Origin: Octopus vulgaris
Lineage: Eukaryota
DNA length: 64,000 nucleotides
Assembly: GCA_951406725.2 (NCBI GenBank)
Contig: OX597818.1
Location: 11,408,001-11,472,000 of the forward strand
Reading direction: 5' to 3'
Positions 41,179 through 53,639 of the stretch are shown piece after piece. How positions within the stretch are numbered: position 1 is the first letter of the stretch; each line of letters begins with the position of its first letter. The notes below the pieces were generated by a model. The model was not told the origin of the DNA, searched no databases, and saw only the letters and a program-made list of their open reading frames with translations. The position numbers and the translations under genes are program-made.

Positions 41179-41412
41179 TATATTATTATATATGTATGTA
41201 TTATATATGTATATATAGTGTATATATTATGTATTTTATATGATTGCTTTTCTGTATTTCTGAAAACTGGTAGCATTACTACTACCTTATTTGAAAAATA
41301 GGTAAAGTTTAACAAAAAGAAGAGCATATCCAGCTGTAAAATCGTGCCTCAAATAACTCCCCAACTAACTTATTCAAATATAGAAAAGAACAGATTTTAA
41401 ATGAATGAAAGT

Positions 41413-41445
<33 letters not shown>

Positions 41446-43375
41446 CCATATATATGTGTGTGTGTATATATATATATATATATACACACACACATACATG
41501 TTACATGTATGTGCCTGTGTATGTTCAATGCTTGAAGTAGGAAAAAATAAATTCCTTATTTATGGTGAAGGAACTTGTAATGGTGGAAGAGTGAACCCTA
41601 CAATGGAACCAACTATTTGACTATTTTGTAGTTGTATGGTTAAAGAAAAACACTTCCCTCATGTGTGTGTGTGTATGTGTGTTAGTTTGTGTGTATATAT
41701 GTGTATAGTTGTCTCAGAGTCCATAAATCTAGAAGAGGTTGCACTCATATATTTTTTCAGTAGTGTCACCATAATCTTTCTTCTATACCTTCCATCTCTC
41801 AAGAGCATGCAGTATTATTCAACTGTGCCATTATCTTACCAATTGGTAAGATCAGCTGTAATAGATCCATAATACTCTGTATTTTGATTAAAATATACAT
41901 GTGTATCTGTATGTGCTTGTGTGTGTGCATCAAATTAAATGCTTTAATCTTAACAATGAGAAAGAATGCTTCTGTTTAGAACATAAATGCAGAAACTTTA
42001 AGAAATATGTAAATAAGTCTTTATTAGTGATATAGCCAGAAGTGAATTCTGTTATAAAGTGTAGCGTATATGACACAGGTAGTGTGTCTACCTGGCTTAA
42101 CAGAAGATACATATTTGGAGTCCAACAGTCAGCTATCTCATTTTCTTTTTCCATTGAAGGGTTTTTTCACCGAATGTATTATAAGCTATTATTTATCATT
42201 AAATTTGCTTAAAGAAGCATAGTTAATGAAAGTATTGTGTGTGTGTGTTCATATATTTGTATGCATGTATGTATATATATGTATAAATATAAACATATAT
42301 GATATATATATATGCATGTGGGTTTGTGTATATCTATATATATATATATGTTTATGTAGATATGCATTTATAGTTGTGTATGTGTGTGTGTGAATGATTG
42401 AATATATCTCTCTCTCTCTCTATATATATATATATGTACACACACACGTATATACAGTTACATGTATATATATGCATGTGCATTTACATATGAATATACA
42501 TGCATTTTTATATGCATATATGTATATATTTATTCATACATATATACATTTATATGTATATAATATGTGTATGTGTATATATATATATATATATGTGTCT
42601 GTGTGTGTGTGTGTATATATGTATATCTGTATGTATGTGTTTATGTATCTACTTATGTATTATATTTATAATTTAGATATCTATTTAAATACTCGTTATA
42701 GTATTAAGCTATTTTCTTTTTAATGGGTGATATTGTTTTTGCCAGTAAGATATTTTATCAAAGAATTCTTCTTGTTACGAATGTGGAATTGAAATCCAGA
42801 AAGGGTGTGGGTGGGGGGAATCATACATATTTCCCTACACACATAAAAAAATATTAGATATGCCTGCTAGTGTGTGTTTGTTGATTCAACCATTATTTTA
42901 TTTTATAAAATATAAACTTGTTCTATTCAGCTTGCATTCAAGCTTTTTCAATATTAGAAATAAAAACGACCTTTTACATTCCATAAATTTCTTTTTTTCT
43001 GCAAGGATGTAATGTTGCTTTTTATTTTATGTATTGTTTAATCTGAAATAGAGGATTAGTGCCCTTGGGTCTTTTTTTTTTTCCAGCATCTTTTAAAGTG
43101 TAATGGAATTGATAGGAATGTATGTTTGAGGTTAATGGGGTCTGCATTGAGTTTGAAGAGCACTTCATGGTTGAAAACGTAGGAAGCATTATCATCCATT
43201 ATGTATCCCACTAAGAACATATGTTAGTGGATCCCAAAATCTAACCTACTCAGAATATATATGCTAGTATATGACTTAGCCAGACTACAGGTTAGTCTAA
43301 CCAATATGCAATGTACTCAGGATATAGTTAGCATACCTAATAAGTAGTTTCTATGGCAATATGTGACCCATGCAC

Positions 43376-43818
43376 AAGGTAGTAAGCTGGCAGAATTGTT
43401 AGCACACAAGGCAAAATGCTTAATGGCATTTCGTCTGTCTTTACGTTCTAAGTTCAAATTCCCTTATGGTTGACTTTGCCTTTCATTCTTTTGGGGTTGA
43501 TAAAATAAAGACCAGTTGAGTACCTGGGGTGATGTAATCAATTTATCCCTGAAATTGCTGGCCTTGTGCCAAAATTTGAAACCACTATTTATTATAGATA
43601 AAGTGGTGAGCTGGCTGATTCATTAACATGCTGGGAAAAATGCTTAGTGGCATTTCATCTGTTTTTATGTTCTGAGTTCAAATTCCTCTGAGGTTGACTT
43701 TGCCTTTCATCCTTTCAGGGTCAACAAAATAAATACCTGTTTAGCACTGATACCAATGTAATCAACTTACTTGTTTCCTTGAAACTGCTGGCTTTGTGCC
43801 CTCCAAAAAAATGAAACC
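43376..43818 (+). mobile_element. Head-to-tail pair of family 1 SINEs (43376-43583, 43600-43818)
   Basis: Two full monomers separated by 16 nt and bracketed by one TSD-like repeat. Confidence 0.85.
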
Positions 43819-45406
43819 AATATGTAACCCATGAATAATATATGCTCATGTACCCAATGTTTTATTACAACTCTTATTAATCACCGATATCATAAGCCAC
43901 ATCTTAACATCACTATGATGTCTTAAAGAAATATCATTGCCTTCACCAATATCTTGACTCCTCACTCTCACTTCATCTTCTAGATGCAATATTTTTGTGA
44001 AAATGATATCACCATTGAGTTTTGGTTGGTGTCCTCCCCAATACTAAATCTATCTTGTGTGGTACTTGATTCTTTACTAAGTCTATGTAAGTCTCCTTAC
44101 TGAAATGCCATTCCTGTATAACAAACCAGCATGGTAGTCTCTATATAACAACTGATCTTGTTAGAAATAGTAGCCAAATGTCCTTTAAATCACTCTCCAA
44201 CATCTTAAAAATAGAAAAATGAAAAATACATAAGACAACATAGTCTTTGACATATAAATCAAAGACTATTTATATATCTTTGTTCATAGGTCTGTTTGAT
44301 TAGGAATAGTCTAGCATGAATCAGCCACCACTAATATAGCAAACTGATCAAATGAAGTTGGTAAAATGCTAGTTATCATGATTGAAATTATTTTATTAAG
44401 CTTTTCCAAATTCTGGATTATTTTGAAAAATAATTGAAACACATTGGAACTATATTCTTGTCTGAAATACGATAGTGATTCAACTTATTCATGATTCTAC
44501 TCCCGGTGGACTAAACACAGAAATAGTTTGGCCAGATTGTCCCTCACAGTGAAATTTGTAATCTAATGGTTATGTCAATGAATCTTGGCAAATAAAGTGG
44601 CTTATTTCAATTTCACTCACTAATTACTAAGTTTAATTACAATTTTACTAATTAGAGGTTAATTTTATTACAAAAACATCTTACAATAAATCTTTTGGAT
44701 TTGTAACTATTCCACCAACCTCTTCATTGTTTTTCTCTCTTCCCCCTCTTTCTCCCTTCTGTCTTTTTCTCTTCCCCCTCTTTCTTCCTTCCGTCTTTCT
44801 GTCTTCCCCTTCCTCTCTTTTCCATTCTCATTTATTTAAATTTACTCTGCAAAGCTAATTATTTGGTTAATTTTAGATATTGTTTATTTATTTTCTAAAT
44901 TTCTTGATCTAAGTATTATATTTCTCCCTTATACAATATCAGCATAATTGCCATTATCCAATATACATTCTCATATTTGTGCAATCCACACACAGTGACC
45001 ATCAGCACTCTCGAGCCAAATGAAATACACACTCTATCTCTCTCCCCCTCTCTATCTTTATCAAATATGCACACACACAGACACACACACACACTGTACT
45101 AACAAAAGAAAATACAAAGTTGAATTGCATATAAACTCATATATGCATACACACATGCTTTATAACCCTAACCAGTGAAGGAGCCTACACATGGCTGCTC
45201 AACCTTCTAGAAGTACATCTAAATCTTCCTAAAGTTATATTCTAGAGCCTCTTTAAAAAATGGATGATATTGTATCATGGACAAACATTTACATTATCTA
45301 GAAAAAGAAAAAGGAAGATAACTGATCAAGAAAGGAATGGACTGAAATATCTTTGACTAATCAGGAATTACATAGATGTTCTAGTTCAGTGAAACACTTA
45401 AAATTC

Positions 45407-45517
<111 letters not shown>

Positions 45518-46781
45518 AACACACACTGACCAATGAAATCAAAATCGTATTGACTTGAGCCAGCAAAAAAGCCTCTAGATAGTTGTTTCAGCTGCAGAAA
45601 TCGCAAGTAAATTACCTTTAAATCATGTGCTAAATTCTCTAAAAATGAAACAGACACTAAATGATATGGTCCTAGATGCACTTAATCACAATTGGAATGC
45701 CTTTGATCATAGGCCTGTTTAGTCAAAGTTGAGTTGGATAGTTAAATAACTACAACTTTGTGAACTCTCTCACCAAACAAAGCAATTGGAATAAACCCAC
45801 AGATGGTTGTTTCCTAAATAGATGATGAAAAGCTACATCCATGACCCTTCTTTCAGGGCCTCTGAGACTGGTGTGAGAAAGTTATCTTCAGACCAGAGAC
45901 TGGGGCTGAATGCTTGCAACAGAGTAGGTTTCACTAATGACATCTAAGGATCAGCTGAGGATCCTAAACTGGATGATGGCTCAAGTCTACCATTCAAAAA
46001 CAGACACTTGTCTCTCTCTCTCATAGGCTTGCACTTATTTTCTCTCAGCCAAATTTCACTCAAAAGGTTCAAAACTATTGATATTGCCCAAGTTTTCGCA
46101 TAGAGAGATCAAACCTGAAACCCAAAAATCTGAAGCTGTTATTGTACCCTTACATTCTGGAACCTGTTTTTTGTTGTTTAACTCCAGGTCAGCCCTGATC
46201 CAGAAAACCTATGATTAAAAGCATATCCAAGACATAGCCATCCTTCTTTCTTCTTCATACAGTAGACTACATTATCCAATGTGTCTTATGGTAGTGAGGT
46301 ATATATATATATATGCACACACACACACATGTGCATGTTTATTTATGTGTATATCATAATCATCCCCATCCTCGCTGTTTTGACATCTACTTTTCGATGC
46401 CTGGATGGACCAGATACGAGTACACTGGGGCAAGGTTCTCTATAGCCAAATGCACTTCTTGATACCAACACCCCACACCTCACCTGTCTCTAAGGAAGAT
46501 AATAATCTCCCAGTTTATCAAATAAGAAACAGCTTAGACATATTTACCGAGAGAACTGGAAAAAAACTATCATCTGAATGAGCCTTTTCTTTATAAATAT
46601 GATGCAACCTGTCAAAACATGTCAAGAAGCTTGGATATGTTTTAACAGTGAACTGAGAACAAATGACACTATCAGTGAGGTCATTGTTCACAACCAGCAA
46701 ATATTTGAAGATGAAGGATATATACATTCTCGTTCACGAGCATACACATACACACAGATAGACATACATGCATGCATACAT

Positions 46782-46852
<71 letters not shown>

Positions 46853-46854
46853 CA

Positions 46855-48114
46855 CAGGGTTTGGACAAAATGGAAACACCTTAAAATTACAAACAAATTT
46901 ATCTTAATATGGGGTAGGTCTGCCTTTGGCAGTAATTACAGCTTGAATTCTATGAGGTATGGACTCGTACAAAGTTTGAATTATTTCCAAAGGAATTTTT
47001 GTCCATTCTTCAGCTAAAACAGTCTCCAGATCTTGTAGTGATGATGGTGGAGGATATCAACTCCTGGCTTGTTTTCTAAAATGTACCATAAATGTTAATA
47101 ATATTGAGATCTGGGGACTATGGTAGCCAGATAAAATGTTCAACTTCACTAGAATGTTCCTTGTGCCATTCAGTAACAACTTTAGCTGTGTGAATTGGTA
47201 CATTATCATCCTGAAAGATTGCGTTTCCCTCCGGAAACAGTTCTGCAACCATAGCATGAATTTGATAAGATAAAATGCTTAAATAGTCTTAACTATTAAT
47301 TCTTCCATGAAGGGAAATCATTGGGCCGGTGGATTTCTAAGATATAGCTCCCCCTAGATCATCACAGATCCTTCCATGTTTAACAGTTAGAAGAAGGCAA
47401 TCTGGGTCAAATGCTTCTTTTGGCTGTCTCCACATGTATACTTGGCCAGTGGTCGGAAATAAGGTAAAGGATAACTTGTCCGAGAAAATAACTTTCTTCT
47501 ACTGCTCTAGGGACCAATTCTGTAGGTCTTTACTCCACTTTAAATGCTTTGTAATGTTTGTTTTTGAAAGTAGTGGTTTTCTAATTGCAGCTCTCCCGTG
47601 AAATCCAGCTTTGTGCAACTCCTAGCGAACAGTTTTTGTGAAAACTGGGTTCTCAAGGTGGTCATTAAGCTCTGTAGTGATTTTGGGAGCTGTACTTTTG
47701 TGAGCCTTTCTAACAATTCATGTAAGAGTCTGACAGTCCCCATCTGAAAGTTTTGGTTTTCTTTCAGAGTTTTTGTTTCGACGAGGAGGATTTTCCCTCT
47801 TTCTCAAAGGCTGTCATTACTTTCAAGACAGTACTTCTTGATACACCAAACATTTCAGCTGTTTTCATTACGCTAGCACATGCTATACGAGCACCAAAAA
47901 TTTGACCTTTTTGAAAGTCCAATAGATCTGTCATTTTAATGAATTTTAATTACCTTTTTCTGATGATATCTGGAAAGAAACTGCAATTTTAGCAAAACAT
48001 ATTAAGCAACACTATTAATAAATCAACAAACATACAAATAAACAAGCTTTTATAGGTATTTCAAAATTAGGATGCTATGATGCTAGGTATTTCCATTATT
48101 TTGTCCAACCCCTG
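46855..48114 (-). mobile_element. Tc1-family DNA transposon, near full length, non-functional
   Basis: TIRs CAGGGTTTGGACAAAATGGAAACACC and GGTATTTCCATTATTTTGTCCAACCCCTG followed by TA. About 1.26 kb, inserted at a (TA)n/(CA)n tract, and contains a transposase pseudogene. Confidence 0.93.
46904..47934 (-). pseudogene. Tc1 transposase pseudogene
   Basis: ATG at 47934 gives MTDLLDFQKGQIFGARIACASVMKTAEMFGVSRSTVLKVM (paired-like HTH). Later GFHGRAAIRKPLLS, KVIFSD, and C-terminal IPHRIQAVITAKGRPTPY*. Frameshifts and internal stops are present. Confidence 0.9.
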
Positions 48115-48524
48115 TATATAATGGGCTTCTTTAAGTTTCCGTCAACCAAATCTGCTCACAGGGTTTTGGTCAGCCTACAGCCATAGTAGAAGACATTTGC
48201 TCAGTGGGACTGAACTCAAAGCCACATAGTTGGGAAGCAAACTTCTTAATTACAAAGCCACACCAATGCTCTGTGTGTGTAATAATAAGCAGAAAGCAGA
48301 TATGGTATTCAATGCTTTAAAGAACATGCATACATTTCAATTTGGCTCATATTCTGCACACTAGCCTATCCTAAAATTGTACTACACAAGATACTGGAAT
48401 TGAGCGTTGGACCCATCACTGAACCCAACATTTGGTTATTTGTTGCACTTTATAGTGCCTCCTTTACACACACATACGCACATATTATACAGCTTTCATT
48501 CTCTCCTTCCTAATCTCACAGGCT

Positions 48525-48725
48525 CATGGGTGCTGGTGCCATGTAAAAAGCATTAGCACCTGTTCCAGTGCTGTGTAAACGCACCCAGTACACTTTGTAA
48601 AGTGGTTGGTATTAGGAAGGGCCTCCAGACATAGAAACAGATATGGTGCCTGGGCAGCTCTTCAGCTGGCCAGCTCCTCTCCAACCCCTGCTGGCATGGA
48701 AAACTGATGCTAAATGATGATGATG
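48525..48725 (+). repeat. RTE-type 3' tail / SINE fragment, inverted relative to 52612-52800
   Basis: CACCCAGTACACTTTGTAAAGTGGTTGGTATTAGGAAGGGC...GGCATGGAAAA...AAATGATGATGAT. Confidence 0.75.
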
Positions 48726-49389
48726 AGGCACACATACTCACAAAGTTTGTTTAGAGGCTGACATATTTTGTACTCCGTCAAGCCTAGATTTCCTGCCCTT
48801 TTACTTTACACACTTGACCCCTACTTCTTATTTACCTTCTCCTTTTTGCTTGTTTCTATATCAATTATAACAGTCTACCTCTCATTTCCAAGTACCAGTG
48901 CTAATTCCTTCATTCTCACCACTTACTAGGCTTAATTATAAGAAACTGCAGTGAACCATCTTCATCACTTTACCCGATACACTCTAAATTCACCCTTCTA
49001 TACTGCCAACCATCACTCCCTCTCCTCTGGACCATCTTGATTATCTCCCATCACCTGCCCTTGCCTTTATCTCATCACCCACCATAAACTGATGACCACT
49101 GCTGCTCTTGCCAATCACTCCTTTTCCAACTCCACCAAACATAACTGCCTTTTCTATTATATACTGGCACTTATATGTTATATTCACATTGACAGTATAC
49201 TAAGTACTATGTCGTTGTAGCTACTTACTATAATTTAGGTAGTCAATAGCTCAGTTGCTTAGGTGTAGTGGCAGTCATAGCATTTAAATCCAGCTTTTTC
49301 CTATTTTCAGTATTATATATGTATATGTGTGTGTTTGTGTGTGTGTGTGTGTGTGTATTTATGCATGTTTGGTTATGTATATATACACA

Positions 49390-49511
49390 CAGTAATGCCT
49401 CATTATTCAAGTTAATTTGTTCCCGGAGACTACTCATAAAGTGAAAACTTGTAAAAGCTCATAAACATTGGGGTCTCGTAAAGCAGGTCCTAGTAAAGGG
49501 AGTTATTACTG
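49390..49511 (+). mobile_element. pogo/Tigger-like MITE
   Basis: Termini CAGTAATGCCTC...TTATTACTG|TA. Homologous to 52423-52548 in inverted orientation; strand label is arbitrary. Confidence 0.75.
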
Positions 49512-50444
49512 TATATATGCAGAACAGTAAAAGTATGCAAGTCTTTTCTCAAAGTTTCAAATGTGAATTTGTCTGTTAGCTACATCCCAAAGATGGAGCC
49601 TTGAATCTTTGATGGAAACTAGCTCCCTCCCCAGTGGAAGATTTATGATAATGAAAAAATAGAAGAGGCATACATGCATATAAGCAGGTGTTACTTTGCA
49701 GCCTTGAGGTTTTGAGTTCAGTTCAAAAGCAAAGCACTTTGGGCATGTGTCTTTTACCACAACCTCAAGTTGGCCTGTAGCTTGTGGGCATAATTTGGAA
49801 AATGAAAGCTGTTGCTGAAGTTCATTACGTGTGTGTATGTGTGTGTGTGTATGTGTTTGTGTGTGTGTCATTAACCAGCTTGTCAGCAAGAACATAAACA
49901 GTAACAAAACTACAAATTCCAAATGAAGTCCCTTGGGATTTCTCTTCTGAATGAAGTTATATATACACAATCCTTTATCACTCCCACCATCAGAAATGCA
50001 GTGGACCAACAATTAGTCTAATGGGGATTTCTAACAAAAGATTCTGTTGTTCATCAATTGTGACATAAAATAAATATGCAGTATAATATATACCCCTGTG
50101 TATGCCTTTGTGTGTGTGTGTGTGTGCATATGTGTATATGTGCACGTGTGTGTGTGTATATATATATTTATATATGTGTGTGTGTATATATATTCGTAAA
50201 TAGGAAACTGGCACAGCAAGGCACCAATGTTTGCTGGAAATAGCAGTCAATAACTGTAGAACACTATGTAAAGCTTTACTGAATGTATACAGGCTGGAAA
50301 TTAATACTATTGTGTCGTAATGATATTTATAATTTATATGTAGATAGATAGATAAAGATATATATATATGTAAAGATATGTGTGTGTGTAGATAAATATG
50401 TATATCTATATAGATAAATATATATATATATATATATGTAATAT

Positions 50445-50626
50445 ATGTCACAATTATTCGGTTACCATAATAAAACTCTGAGTTTCAGATTTCGGGGTGG
50501 AAATCTTCTCCGGCATCTTGTCAGTTATTAACACAAACAAAAATAACTGACAAAATGCCAGAGCAGATTTCCTTCCTGACATCCGAAACTCAGAGTTTTA
50601 TTATGGCAACTGAATAATTGTCACAT
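50445..50626. repeat. Fold-back palindrome (about 85-bp arms, 12-nt spacer)
   Basis: CAATTATTCGGTTACCATAATAAAACTCTGAGTTTC...TTGTCAGTTATT pairs with AATAACTGACAA...GAAACTCAGAGTTTTATTATGGCAACTGAATAATTG. Confidence 0.92.
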
Positions 50627-50704
50627 ATTATATTACAGATAAGTTCCTCTATTTACATAATATCGAGGTCTCATTCATTCTTTTGTTGTCATACTATTAC
50701 TATT

Positions 50705-51112
50705 AATATATATATGTATGTGTGTGTGTATATATATGATATATATATATAGATATGATATATATATATAGATATGATATATATTTATGATGTATACATA
50801 TATATATATATATGATGTATACACACATATATGATGTATACATATATATATATATGATGTATACATATATGATATATATATATATATATACACACATATA
50901 TATAATGTACATATATGTATACATATTCATATACGTATGTGTATGCATATTCATATACATATGTATGATATATAATATATACATATCTGATGTATATGTA
51001 TATATGATATACATATATATCATATATATGTGTGTATATATATACATATATATATTTATACATACATACATGCACACATGCGCACATGTGTGTGTATATA
51101 TGTATATACATG
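50705..51112. repeat. Complex (TA)/(CA)/(TG) low-complexity tract
   Basis: Directly visible. Similar tracts at 1-150, 36310-36510, 37130-37210, 40825-40931, 41145-41240, 42235-42670, 46740-46854 and 63933-64000. Confidence 0.93.
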
Positions 51113-51560
51113 TTTGGAGATATACTTACATATATATCATCATCATCATTTTAATTCCCATCTTTTCATCTTTCATAAGTCAGCCAATATTTTGGGGCAG
51201 TTTTCTTGTTACCAACTCTCACTTGTTTCTAAGCAAGGTAAATATTTCCCAGTGATCAGACATCTTTTTCGTGGCTGATTTAGTACAAACAACATCACTT
51301 CAATCAATAACACTCATTTCCAATCATCACATGATCTTAAGACAAAAGGTGTACACATGTATGTATGCACACAGAAACACAATCTCACACAAGCATACAT
51401 ACACACATGATATTTCAGGTCCAATCCTACCCTGTTTCCTTTGGTGTGGCCATATCACAGCAAATTACTTTATGATTTAATATGTGGCTTGTTGCTGAGT
51501 ATCACTCTTTTTCATGTATTTTCTTCATGCCGCATTCATTTCTCTCTGCGTTCCCTATAG

Positions 51561-51752
51561 CTTCCATGGTTGCTTCTTGGGCCAGTGTGACTGACAATGG
51601 TAATGCAAGCTGCAATAGCATTCGATCAAGTGCAGCCAGTTCAAGTGATGGCTCATTCTTGACCGAAGCAGATTATGCTAGTGCTGTTGCTAATGTTGCA
51701 GAACTTTCTGGACTCACCATGTTTGGAACTACTGCCTTTGATCCAAAGTCTG
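51561..51752 (+). CDS. robo: Robo cytoplasmic exon D (conserved SSDGSF motif)
   Basis: Acceptor ttccctatAG|CT, donor CTG|GTAAGT, 192 nt, phase 1-1. SMVASWASVTDNGNASCNSIRSSAASSSDGSFLTEADYASAVANVAELSGL aligns with ROBO1 [48 protein letters not shown]. Confidence 0.95.
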
Positions 51753-52422
51753 GTAAGTAAACAAGTGTATAAACAAATATTTAAAAATGAAAAAGAAAAA
51801 AATATAAAACAATATGTCAAGAAAAAAACATTAAAGGAAAACCTCATCAGTTGAAATTCATATAATTATCAATTATTTCTGTTGTTGCCACAAGGATACC
51901 ATTTGGGTGTTGAGGATAATTACACTGAGGAAAAATTTAAAATATTGAAGGTGATATCCAGTGTGATATGGAAACAATAATTTGAAAATAAACAAATAAA
52001 AGACATGTATGAATGTCTGTATATATAAATGTATGACTGTTTGTGTGTGTAAAAAGAGAAGGACAGGTGCTATGAAGTCATTGACCTATTTGAAATTTGT
52101 ATAACTTTAGTTCCATATGAAACAGCATTTTTACCTCTATTTTTATCGTGCATAATGCAGTATAATATAGTCGATGTCTTTTCTGATACTATCCTTGTTT
52201 TGAAGAAATTAGCTTTATTTCAATGATCTTTTCATTTTGAAATGCCAAGCAGGATGTTTTCTTTAGGAGGAACATAAACAAATATCGCTGCACTCCAAGA
52301 AGTGTCATTGCAAAACCACACATACACACATGTATGTTTATATGTGTGCGTGTTTGTATTTATGTATGTGTTTGTATAATTATATATATATATACATATA
52401 TATATATATACACACACACACA

Positions 52423-52548
52423 CAGTAATACCTCGCTTTATGAGACCCTGACTTTATGAGTTTTTATGAGTTTTATTTTCTGTTTATGAGTTTTCGCTTT
52501 ACAAGCATTCTCTAGGAATGAATTAACTCATATATCGAGGCATTACTA
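52423..52548 (-). mobile_element. pogo/Tigger-like MITE
   Basis: TIRs CAGTAATACCTCG / CGAGGCATTACTA within TA/CA repeats. Its reverse complement aligns to 49390-49511. Confidence 0.75.
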
Positions 52549-52611
52549 TATGTATGTGTGTGTGTGTGTGTGGAAATATATTTATATGTGCATATGCATA
52601 TATATGTATGT

Positions 52612-53330
52612 CATCATCATTTAATGTGCGTTGTCCATCTTGACATGGGATGGATGATTCAAGAGAATCTGACAAGCTGAAGGGCTATGTTGAGTTTCAG
52701 TGTCTGCTTTAGCGTGGTTTCTACAGCTGGATGCCCTTCGTAATGCCAACCACTTTACAGAGTGTACTGGATATGTTGTTCATGGTGCCAACACTAGTGA
52801 GGTTATCAGGTTACTCCTTGACTGAGTGAGGTGGTTTGTGCCAGGTGTTGAGAGACTAAAGTATGATAGTTGGATAGAAACAAGAGTCTTGCTATAAAGA
52901 AGATACATGGCTACCCCAACTGGTAAAGTAGAAATGGTGGCGATGATGATGTGTCAGGGCATACCCTCAGAGTACAAGCCAGTGATTATAAGAGAGAATA
53001 GGGACAAACAATCATGAAGAGTGGGTAGTAGATTTGCAAGACTGTAAAAAGATAGTAGCTGGTGCCTAGCAACATGATCAGTAGTGAATGTCAGATTGGA
53101 TGGAAGAAAGGGAAGGAAAATAGATGTGGATCTGTGAGGAGGAGTGGTAAGTGACAGTACAAAAAAGGGGAGTGGAGAGATGAGAAATTGGGAGATTATA
53201 TGAGAGAGTGTTCAAAGCAAGGAGCATTCAGTGGAAAAGAGAATGGTAAGGAATTAAGAATGCAGGAAGAGTAACAAAATGAAGTGGTTCCGAGGAGGGG
53301 AAAAACTGGTGACACAAAAATGAGGATGAA
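52612..53330 (-). repeat. Same repeat family as 1828-2560
   Basis: (CAT)n end, GTGGTTTCTACAGCTGGATGCCCTTCGTAATGCCAACCACTTTACAGAGTGTACTGG, then a G/A-rich extension. Confidence 0.7.
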
Positions 53331-53441
53331 ATATATGCACTTCTACTGTCATATAATTACAGTCACTGATTAAAAAGTGCTCTAGCTAGAAGAGAGATGA
53401 TTTGTGGTGACAGATTGATTAGGGATTGATTGGGTGTAGAG

Positions 53442-53609
53442 CAGTGGTTCCCAATATTTAAATGAGTTTTCCCAAGGACCCCTTTTAATATGTTTATCCT
53501 TATGTGTATATATATATATATCATATGAAATTTCAAATTTAGTTCACAGACCCCAGTACTATCTTTGCAGACCACCAGGGGTCCATGGACCCCAGGATGG
53601 GAATCATTG
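53442..53609. mobile_element. hAT (Charlie-like) MITE
   Basis: CAGTGGTTCCCA ... TGGGAATCATTG; TSD GTGTAGAG / GTGTAGTG; internal palindrome GGGGTCCATGGACCCC. Confidence 0.82.
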
Positions 53610-53639
53610 GTGTAGTGTAGAGCATAGAAATATGTTTAT

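Noticed and set aside
49557-51278. Cluster of long ORFs (up to 153 aa)
   Set aside because: They arise from stop-poor TA/CA/TG low-complexity tracts and SINE fragments.
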